Assembly: GCA_023265135.1 (NCBI GenBank)
Contig: JAHFUM010000001.1
Location: 90,574-122,573, forward strand
DNA length: 32,000 nucleotides
Direction: 5' to 3'
Origin: Nitrosarchaeum sp.
Lineage (GTDB): Archaea > Thermoproteota > Nitrososphaeria > Nitrososphaerales > Nitrosopumilaceae
Shown here: piece by piece, positions 7,627-14,554 of the stretch
Position numbering within the stretch: position 1 is the stretch's first letter
Layout of the letters: the number at the start of each line of letters is the position of its first letter
Notes under the pieces: generated by a model
The model's database searches: none
The model's input: the letters and a program-made list of their open reading frames with translations, nothing else
Told to the model about the DNA's origin: nothing
Translations under genes and position numbers: made by a program

Positions 7627-8988
7627 TCAGGATGATTTTTTGAATTTTGCTGCTCCAATAGCGCCTGCGGCAGTAATACCTGCAGCAATGACAGCAGTCC
7701 ATTGTAAGAGTGAACTGTTATCAGATTCTGATTTTGGTGTAGAAACTGAATCATTTGATGGAACTGTGTCAGGACATCCATCTGTGTCTTGATAATTGTT
7801 AATGGTTTCAGATTGAAGGGGACATTTATCGTAATCATCTGGAATTCCATCATTATCTGAATCTTTTATAGGCAATGTATCTGGACATCCATCTGTGTCT
7901 TGAAATCCATTAACTGTTTCTGGTTGAGTTGGACAAGAATCAAGAGCGCCCACAATCAAATCTCCATCAGGGTCATTATTTGTTGATTGGGCTACATCAG
8001 GACAACCATCAGTGTCCTGAAATCCATTAAATGTTTCAGGAGAATGTGGACAAGTATCAGCAGAATTTGGAATTCCATCTTTATCTGAATCTTGAATAGT
8101 TACAATGTCAGGGCATCCATCAAGATCTTCAAATCCGTTAACTGTTTCTGGTTGAGTTGGACATTTATCAATTGAATCTGTAATACCGTCATTATCTATA
8201 TCAGTCAATGGTGCTGCATCAGGGCATCCATCAAGATCTTCAAATCCGTTAACTGTTTCTGGTTGAGTTGGACATTTATCAATTGAATCTGTAATACCGT
8301 CATTATCTATATCAGTCAATGGTGCTGCATCAGGGCATCCATCAAGATCTTCAAATCCGTTAACTGTTTCTGGTTGAACTGGACATTTATCAATTGAATC
8401 TGTAATACCGTCATTATCAGAATCTTTTGGAACTATAGCATCAGGGCATCCATCAAGATCTTCAAATCCGTTAACTGTTTCTGGTTGAAGTGGACATTTA
8501 TCTGACGAGTCCACAATGGTATCATTATCGTCGTCTGGATCACAAGCATTACCAAGTCCATCACCGTCGGTATTCGTTTGATCTGCGTTAGAAATTTGTG
8601 GACAGTTGTCAGTACTGTCAGGAATTCCATCGTTATCAGTGTCAGTTGGAGGTTGAACTATTGGACAACCATTTGTGTCTACTGGCGTATTTGATGGGGT
8701 ATTAGGACATTGATCTGATGAGTCCACAATGGTATCATTATCGTCGTCTGGATCACAAGCATTACCAAGTCCATCACCGTCGGTATCAGTTTGATCTGCG
8801 TTAGAAATTTGTAGACAGTTGTCAGTACTGTCAGGAATTCCATCACCATCGGTATCAGTTTCTGCTTGAAATGTTATTGGGTTGTTTTGATTATTTGTTA
8901 TTGTTATTTGTTGAGCTAAAACACTATTTGGCAATAAAATAAAAAGTAAAATAGAACCAATAAGAAGTAATTTTGTATTATTTTTCAT
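7627..8988 (-). CDS. Secreted, C-terminally membrane-anchored protein built of thrombospondin type-3-like Ca-binding repeats
   Basis: 453 aa. It has the signal peptide MKNNTKLLLIGSILLFILLPNSVLAQQ. About 12 DxDxDGxxDxxDxCP motifs alternate with ETVNGF(E/Q)D(L/T)DGCPD segments. The C-terminus has a hydrophobic helix WTAVIAAGITAAGAIGAA followed by KFKKSS. Confidence 0.85.
   Translation of the reverse strand: MKNNTKLLLIGSILLFILLPNSVLAQQITITNNQNNPITFQAETDTDGDGIPDSTDNCLQISNADQTDTDGDGLGNACDPDDDNDTIVDSSDQCPNTPSNTPVDTNGCPIVQPPTDTDNDGIPDSTDNCPQISNADQTNTDGDGLGNACDPDDDNDTIVDSSDKCPLQPETVNGFEDLDGCPDAIVPKDSDNDGITDSIDKCPVQPETVNGFEDLDGCPDAAPLTDIDNDGITDSIDKCPTQPETVNGFEDLDGCPDAAPLTDIDNDGITDSIDKCPTQPETVNGFEDLDGCPDIVTIQDSDKDGIPNSADTCPHSPETFNGFQDTDGCPDVAQSTNNDPDGDLIVGALDSCPTQPETVNGFQDTDGCPDTLPIKDSDNDGIPDDYDKCPLQSETINNYQDTDGCPDTVPSNDSVSTPKSESDNSSLLQWTAVIAAGITAAGAIGAAKFKKSS
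8111..8502 (-). repeat. In-frame 111-bp (37-aa) tandem repeat, about 3.5 copies
   Basis: Unit starts are at 8111, 8222, 8333 and 8444. Copies 8111-8221 and 8222-8332 are identical base for base when compared by eye. The third copy differs at a few positions and the fourth diverges after about 58 nt. The unit encodes DLDGCPDAAPLTDIDNDGITDSIDKCPTQPETVNGFE. Confidence 0.9.
8501..8843 (-). repeat. Second in-frame duplication, 213-bp (71-aa) period
   Basis: Nt 8501-8630 and 8714-8843 are near-identical, with roughly 5 mismatches by eye. Both encode DGIPDSTDNC(P/L)QISNADQT(N/D)TDGDGLGNACDPDDDNDTIVDSSD(K/Q)C. Confidence 0.8.
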
Positions 8989-9090
8989 ATTTCTTTACCC
9001 GATAGTGTTAACCTCCATTCAGTTATAATAAAACGTTGAGATCATTTTATCTAGTTTTTGAATTTTCGAGACACGTAATAAAAATTTGAA

Positions 9091-10155
9091 CTATTTTTTG
9101 GATTTCAAGTGTTTGTGAACCTTAAATCCAATTACAGTGGGTGCAGCAATATACATTCCCAAGTTTAAGATAATTACAGATAATCCTAAACCTAATACTT
9201 CAGATTCAGAACCATTATCAGCTAATTTCATAATTGAAAGTGAAGAAATCATAGGAGTGATAAAAGCTCTTACTGCTTCTTGGAATATAGGATGTTCTCT
9301 TTCAAGATCAGCGATTGTTGGTGAAAATGAATAATAAAATTGGTTAAATGTTGTCATGAAAGCCATACCAGATGTAGTACTCATTACGGTGTTATCTCTA
9401 ATTTCTCTAAGGAATTGCACTTGAGGTGCCAATTCAGTACCATATGCTGCAGTAGCAATTAAACAGGCTCCACCTTTTCCTTTGCCATCTGTTTTGACAA
9501 CTTGACAAACACCATTTACCAATTCAGTTCCTTGACCACAAGTTGGTTGTGGTTCTGGTGTTGGTTCTGGCTCTGGGGTTGGTGTTGGTTCTGGCTCTGG
9601 GGTTGGTGTTGGTTCTGGTGTTGGTTTAGTAACACATTTTCCATTAACCAAAATTTGACCAGTGGAACATGTAGGATTAGAATCACCCCCAGATATTATA
9701 CCACCAGTACCACCAGTAAATTTAAATGTAATTTGAGATTTTAATCCACCAAAATTAGCAAGAATGACATAGTCACCAGGTGATTTGAATTGTGGGCCAT
9801 CGGCCTTAAGACTAGTTTGAAAAGAACCATCAGCATTAGGATGTACTTGAGCAATTGTGACGATGTTATTATCTGGGGCTCTAACAATTATTGCGACATC
9901 GCCAGTACTGAGATTTTCAATATTATGAATTATACCAGTAATAACAACTACCCCGCCTTGACCATAAAGAATTTGGTCAGTTTGTAAATTTAGATCATTT
10001 TTTGAAGGTTTTGTAGCGTCAACACATTGATTATTTTGCCATACTTGATTAGATGTACAGTCTGCGGGGCCTGCAGCATTAACAATTCCAACAATACCAC
10101 AGGACAATAGAGAAATTGTTAATAGTATTAGGAAACCACCAAGTTTCATTTTCAT
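9091..10155 (-). CDS. Secreted modular protein: signal peptide, beta-rich domain, three C-x10-C mini-modules, Pro/Thr/Glu linker, CLIATAAYG...LREIRD module, C-terminal TM anchor
   Basis: 354 aa with an N-terminal signal/anchor MKMKLGGFLILLTISLLSCGIVGIVNA. The three mini-modules are CTSNQVWQNNQC, CSTGQILVNGKC and CGQGTELVNGVC. The linker is PTPEPTPTPEPEPTPTPEPEPTPEPQP. Next comes GGACLIATAAYGTELAPQVQFLREIRDN. The C-terminal helix is followed by KVHKHLKSKK. Confidence 0.8.
   Translation of the reverse strand: MKMKLGGFLILLTISLLSCGIVGIVNAAGPADCTSNQVWQNNQCVDATKPSKNDLNLQTDQILYGQGGVVVITGIIHNIENLSTGDVAIIVRAPDNNIVTIAQVHPNADGSFQTSLKADGPQFKSPGDYVILANFGGLKSQITFKFTGGTGGIISGGDSNPTCSTGQILVNGKCVTKPTPEPTPTPEPEPTPTPEPEPTPEPQPTCGQGTELVNGVCQVVKTDGKGKGGACLIATAAYGTELAPQVQFLREIRDNTVMSTTSGMAFMTTFNQFYYSFSPTIADLEREHPIFQEAVRAFITPMISSLSIMKLADNGSESEVLGLGLSVIILNLGMYIAAPTVIGFKVHKHLKSKK
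9545..9625 (-). repeat. 24-nt tandem repeat encoding the (EPEPTPTP)n linker
   Basis: On the plus strand, GGTGTTGGTTCTGGCTCTGGGGTT occurs at 9557-9580 and again at 9581-9604, with partial copies flanking both. Confidence 0.8.
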
Positions 10156-10209
10156 TTTGAATCATGTTTGAGGGTATTTATGTATTCAATGAAAGAAAAA
10201 TTGACCAGA

Positions 10210-13200
10210 TTATACTAGAATTATACCTTTTTGAACCAAGTATTGAAGTGATTTTATAAAGTCATCATTTGAAATTTGATTATTAGACCACCATCTTGCA
10301 TTATTTTTAAACCAATCAGGAATTGCCTTTTCAGACGTTAGATTATCTTTTGATGATACGATAATCTTGTCTTCAATCATTTGCTTTAACCCATTAATGA
10401 ATTCAGAATCAGTAATAGAAGTAGAAGACCATTTTCTTGCATTATCTTTAACCCAATCAGGAATATTTTTAGAAGCAATAAATGAAACTAATCCAACATT
10501 GGCCCCATTATGAAATAATTGAATTTTATAAACTCCGGGAGGAGAATTTGCATTTATTGAGAAGGCGGCTCGATAATTACCGCTATCAGTTAGAACGGCA
10601 GCAAAAGTTTGAACAGTGTCATCAGGATTAATTAGGGTGATAGCCAGAGGAATGCCTCTTTTATGATTAGCAATACTGCCAGATAGAATTATTTCTTCAG
10701 ACTTGCCAGATGATGGAATTGTAATTTTATTAATGCTTAATTGTGGTAAATTTGAAAATTGTGTGGATGGTTTGTATTGTGACATCCGGAATATGTTTGG
10801 ATTTCCAGAGGCATCTCTAGAATCATAATATTTTGCATCGAGGCTACCTCCAGCAGTAGAAATTAATTTTGTTCCAGATTTATCACATATTTGTGAAGGC
10901 ATTTTGAATGATCCCTCAAACATGCCTGTACTAGGTCCAGTTTCAACTAATGTAAAACCTGTAGAAGCCAAACCGCCATACTCAATTCCATTTACAGTGC
11001 ATCGTTGATAACGAATATCTTTAATTAAAATATCCAACAATATATCGCCATCTTTACCAACGGTATCCACATTTGGAGAATTAGGATCGTTATTTACTAG
11101 ATAGATATCAATATTATCACTTTTCAAATTGAGATCTGGATCATTGAGCATTATTGTTACAGATTGACCAAATCGATATGTTGATGAACCTGTAGACACA
11201 GTACCTGAATTAGTGTTAATGTCAGATTTAGCAGAAGTTGTTGTAATTACACCAACTTTATCCAAATCGGAATAAGAAATGGAAACACCATTTTCGTCAA
11301 TCAACCTATTAGTTACAATGAATTTAATTTCATCGTCAATTGTTCTTATTGTTTTAATGAAATTAGGATCTAAAATATTGAGTTGATTAGTTACAGCATA
11401 TTCAAGAGTACCATCAAATTTTGACGAATTATCAGTTGTCTCTTCTAGTTCAAATCTGTAAATAGCATTGTTGATATCATTGTCATTATCAAATCCAAAA
11501 GAAAACAAGTCAAAAACTATTGGCTGTAAAGCAATTTCATTAGATACAACACCAGTAGAAGAATTAAAATCTATTACAACAAAAACAGAACCGCTTTTGG
11601 TGGAAATTGCATGTACATCAGAATCATCCAATTGAATTAATCCCTGTGATGTTGTCAAATCCCCTGAATGAATAATCTCAATTGGTGAAGGATCAGATAG
11701 TCCACCAAAATACAGAGTGATTGTAGTATTACTAAAATCATTAACATTAAGATCTTTTTCAAAAGATCTAAGATCAAAATTTAGCCAATTTGTCCCATGG
11801 TTATTTAAAATATTTGTATCAATAAGACTAGAACTTAATGAGGATGCAGTAATACCTAGATTAAAAGAAATTTTTTCAAATCCTCCATTAGGAATTGAAG
11901 TGGTATCAATAAACAATCTTGCTGAATTTTTGTCAGGCAATGAAGATACAGGTTGTCGTGAAGTTCCAGTAAGATCATCAGAGGATCTAGTATAGAATTT
12001 GACATCTGATGACTTTTCAAGAGTTATAGGATTTCCTATCTTAAGGGTGGGAATTAGCGCAGTGTTTCTAAAAACATCCAAACGATCTCGTGACCCAGAA
12101 TTTAGATTTTGATCAGAATCTACAAGAATTACAGGAAATTTTGTTCCTGGTGTTAATGATTTAGATCCATCACCAACAATCAAGACAGGCTCATTAATTG
12201 AAATAGACGATGTCGAGGGTCCTGTAAGAATAGAGAGTGATTGTCGATTGTATTCTATTTGTCCAGTATGACCTCTAGGAGCATCATCAAGAATTGCAAT
12301 TGTAGATTTATCATTATCATCAACACTATCAAATACTCCAGAATTTGGTCCGCTTTCAACTAGAGTGACAATTTTTGAAAAAGAATTTCCAGGTATAGCA
12401 TCGTCAACAAAAGTATCAGGTTGCTCATTATTTGATTTTAGTTCGACAATATTTCCTAGAGTGATTGAAAGTTTTCCGTTATCTTTAAAACCTAAATTAG
12501 AGAGATATGGAATCAAATTTACTAGACCTGCGTTAGTATTAGCAGAATCAGAACCAGACTCATCATATGCCTGATAAAAAGTAGCAACTGGAGAATTAAT
12601 GTTGAACGTCCATGAATCTTCATCTGTTGGATCCTGATTTAATTGAAAATCATTTACAGTTAGAAAAACTTCTGAATTCTGCGGGTACATAATACGATCT
12701 AGATTAAAAGAGATATTGTCACTGTCATCATATTTAAGATCAACACTTTGAGGATTTCCTCCAGCATTATATTGAATTTTTACATCATTAAAAGAAAAGA
12801 GCTGAATTAGTGGCCAGGCATCTGAATCAAGTCCGATTTGACCAGAAAGTATGTTCGGATTAGTGTTAATTGATTTTGCATTTCTTACAACATTATTTAG
12901 ATTAGTAGAACTTGTTGGAGTTCCAGTGCATTGATGAAATGAAGCATCACCGTTTGTATAACCATCTAATCCACTACTTCTCGGAACTGCAAAGCCTTGA
13001 GTTTCAGAAAGAGAGATTCCAAAAACGGTGGAAGCAGTATCCTTGCTACAAAAAACACCAAAATCCAAACCTTTACCAGAGGTTGGAGATTGAGTAGAAT
13101 CTGCCACTTTTGCCTTATCAACATTTGCAAAATATGCATACCAATTACCATCTGCTGATTGAACCATTCTCAAAGATTTACCGTTTAGTGTAACATCAGG

Positions 13201-13407
13201 TTCACCTTTTCCTTGATCTGTATCATGAATATTTGAATCACGAATTATAACTTCAACGACCATAGAACCAGAAAAACGATTGTCAAATTGAGAATTTTCA
13301 GCTGAAACAAACAGATTTGGATTACTACTAGCTTCTGCAGGCATAATTGAGATTAAGAATATAGAAGAAACAATTGTAAGTAAAATGACAGATTTTCGAT
13401 GTATCAT
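10210..13407 (-). CDS. Large secreted protein of unknown function (possible cell-surface/S-layer-associated)
   Basis: 1065 aa with the signal peptide MIHRKSVILLTIVSSIFLISIMPAEASS. The body is rich in Asn, Ser, Asp and Thr and looks beta-rich. It has recurring LVE(S/T)GP(N/S)(S/T)G(V/M)F motifs (VTLVESGPNSGVFDS and FTLVETGPSTGMFEGS). It has no TM anchor but carries two C-terminal Trp-rich motifs. Confidence 0.85.
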   Translation of the reverse strand: MIHRKSVILLTIVSSIFLISIMPAEASSNPNLFVSAENSQFDNRFSGSMVVEVIIRDSNIHDTDQGKGEPDVTLNGKSLRMVQSADGNWYAYFANVDKAKVADSTQSPTSGKGLDFGVFCSKDTASTVFGISLSETQGFAVPRSSGLDGYTNGDASFHQCTGTPTSSTNLNNVVRNAKSINTNPNILSGQIGLDSDAWPLIQLFSFNDVKIQYNAGGNPQSVDLKYDDSDNISFNLDRIMYPQNSEVFLTVNDFQLNQDPTDEDSWTFNINSPVATFYQAYDESGSDSANTNAGLVNLIPYLSNLGFKDNGKLSITLGNIVELKSNNEQPDTFVDDAIPGNSFSKIVTLVESGPNSGVFDSVDDNDKSTIAILDDAPRGHTGQIEYNRQSLSILTGPSTSSISINEPVLIVGDGSKSLTPGTKFPVILVDSDQNLNSGSRDRLDVFRNTALIPTLKIGNPITLEKSSDVKFYTRSSDDLTGTSRQPVSSLPDKNSARLFIDTTSIPNGGFEKISFNLGITASSLSSSLIDTNILNNHGTNWLNFDLRSFEKDLNVNDFSNTTITLYFGGLSDPSPIEIIHSGDLTTSQGLIQLDDSDVHAISTKSGSVFVVIDFNSSTGVVSNEIALQPIVFDLFSFGFDNDNDINNAIYRFELEETTDNSSKFDGTLEYAVTNQLNILDPNFIKTIRTIDDEIKFIVTNRLIDENGVSISYSDLDKVGVITTTSAKSDINTNSGTVSTGSSTYRFGQSVTIMLNDPDLNLKSDNIDIYLVNNDPNSPNVDTVGKDGDILLDILIKDIRYQRCTVNGIEYGGLASTGFTLVETGPSTGMFEGSFKMPSQICDKSGTKLISTAGGSLDAKYYDSRDASGNPNIFRMSQYKPSTQFSNLPQLSINKITIPSSGKSEEIILSGSIANHKRGIPLAITLINPDDTVQTFAAVLTDSGNYRAAFSINANSPPGVYKIQLFHNGANVGLVSFIASKNIPDWVKDNARKWSSTSITDSEFINGLKQMIEDKIIVSSKDNLTSEKAIPDWFKNNARWWSNNQISNDDFIKSLQYLVQKGIILV
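10213..10464 (-). repeat. Two tandem C-terminal Trp-rich motifs of about 36-37 aa (protein-level repeat)
   Basis: The two motifs are IPDWVKDNARKWSSTSITDSEFINGLKQMIEDKIIV (nt 10357-10464) and IPDWFKNNARWWSNNQISNDDFIKSLQYLVQKGIILV (nt 10213-10323). An 11-aa spacer separates them. Confidence 0.75.
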
Positions 13408-13556
13408 AGTATAAAATATTCCTTATCACAAATAATCTTGTCGCATGAGTTATCTTCAGAATACTTGTAATATGAGAGTAATTACAAAATGAATAGAAAT
13501 ATTCATTAAGAAAAACAGACTAAAAATTTACTTATACTGTTATTTTCTGAATTATT

Positions 13557-13584
13557 GTGAAATCTCCAATATTTCACCTTTTTT
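13557..13584 (+). terminator. Orphan hairpin plus T6 (terminator-like) in an intergenic region
   Basis: The sequence is GTGAAAT-ctccaat-ATTTCAC-c-TTTTTT, a 7-bp stem with a 7-nt loop followed by six T. No annotated plus-strand gene lies upstream of it. Confidence 0.25.
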
Positions 13585-13746
13585 GGTTTATAGATCTTTC
13601 AATAATTTAAAGTTCTAAAATCAATTGAGACAATTGTTTGCTTGGACTAGTGTAACATTTTTTGTCTAATCTTAATTTATGAAGCAATAAGAAATCGGTT
13701 ATTATTAAAAAATTAGGTTTAAACTAAAGAATATGACAAGTAGATT

Positions 13747-14250
13747 GTGCAAAGAACCGGCATTCTTTTTGTAATTGTAGGTAGCATAGTTGGTGCAGGA
13801 ATAATATTATCATTTTATGGAAGTCAAATAATTACTGATGAATTAATCAAAGGAGAAGGCCAGGTAAGATTTGGAGAAAATTTGATAATTCCAGTTAAAT
13901 TAGATAATTCGAAAACACAAACTGGAAATTATGCAATTCAAATAATTGATTTTAAAGAAGAGATCACAGCAAAGATTTTAGATCCATTTGATAAAGAAAT
14001 AGAATTTCAATCGATCAATAAAGAAGTTTTTGAAGGACGATTCAACATTACGACATCAGGAATATACAAATTAGTTATTGAAAATACAGATGAAAAAGAA
14101 ATCAAAATTTTTGGGGTGATAGGACCAGAGCCAGATGCAAATAAGAAATCATTATGGATCATTTCTTTTTGGATTCTCATAATTGGTTTGATTGGAGTAG
14201 GTGGGGTAGCCATTTATGCAATCAAAAATCGCAAGAAGTCTTTTAGTTAA
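13747..14250 (+). CDS. Small bitopic membrane protein with an extracytoplasmic beta-rich domain
   Basis: 167 aa with a GTG start. An N-terminal hydrophobic helix (ILFVIVGSIVGAGIILSFYG) is followed by about 110 aa of a polar domain. A C-terminal helix (LWIISFWILIIGLIGVGGVAIYAI) is followed by KNRKKSFS. A TATA-like GTTTAAAC lies about 27 nt upstream. Confidence 0.6.
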   Translation: MQRTGILFVIVGSIVGAGIILSFYGSQIITDELIKGEGQVRFGENLIIPVKLDNSKTQTGNYAIQIIDFKEEITAKILDPFDKEIEFQSINKEVFEGRFNITTSGIYKLVIENTDEKEIKIFGVIGPEPDANKKSLWIISFWILIIGLIGVGGVAIYAIKNRKKSFS

Positions 14251-14554
14251 GATAACTATCCATTTTTTCTAATCCTTCAATTGTTGCATCAAATGTATCA
14301 CTATTTTCTAAAATTTGAGTTAATTTTTCAGCATTTGCAGAAAAAACAGATTTTCCATTATTCGAGTTTTTAAAAATAAATCCATGATCTAATAAATAAG
14401 AAAGTCTTTCAAGAACTTCATTTTCAGAAATTGAAGATTTTTCTGACAAGAAGGAACATTCTTTTTCGCCATTTTCTAGTTCAGCTAAAATAGAAGAGGT
14501 AACAGGATCAAACATACATTCAATCACTTTTTCTTTATCAAAAGTATCTTCCAT
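14243..14554 (-). CDS. Small winged-helix (ArsR/TrmB-like) putative transcription regulator
   Basis: 103 aa. The segment DPVTSSILAELENGEKECSFLSEKSSISENEVLERLSYLLDHGFIFKN fits an HTH plus wing pattern. A TATA-like TTATAAAT lies about 31 nt upstream on the minus strand. Confidence 0.5.
   Translation of the reverse strand: MEDTFDKEKVIECMFDPVTSSILAELENGEKECSFLSEKSSISENEVLERLSYLLDHGFIFKNSNNGKSVFSANAEKLTQILENSDTFDATIEGLEKMDSYLN

Noticed and set aside
7578-7853. 91-aa minus-strand ORF overlapping the 3' end of the TSP3-repeat gene in another frame.
   Set aside because: It is an off-frame reading of the same strand. The TSP3 frame has a signal peptide, repeats and an anchor, whereas this ORF has no features.
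8111-8502. Regularly spaced, near-identical direct repeats that could superficially suggest a CRISPR array.
   Set aside because: The repeats are contiguous with no spacers. The period is 111 nt, in frame, inside a long ORF encoding TSP3-type protein repeats. No cas genes are present.
9502-9744. 80-aa plus-strand ORF with a bizarre WLWFWCWFWLWGWCWFW sequence.
   Set aside because: It is the antisense reading of the (EPEPTPTP)n linker repeat of the 9091-10155 gene, so it is an artefact of the repeat.
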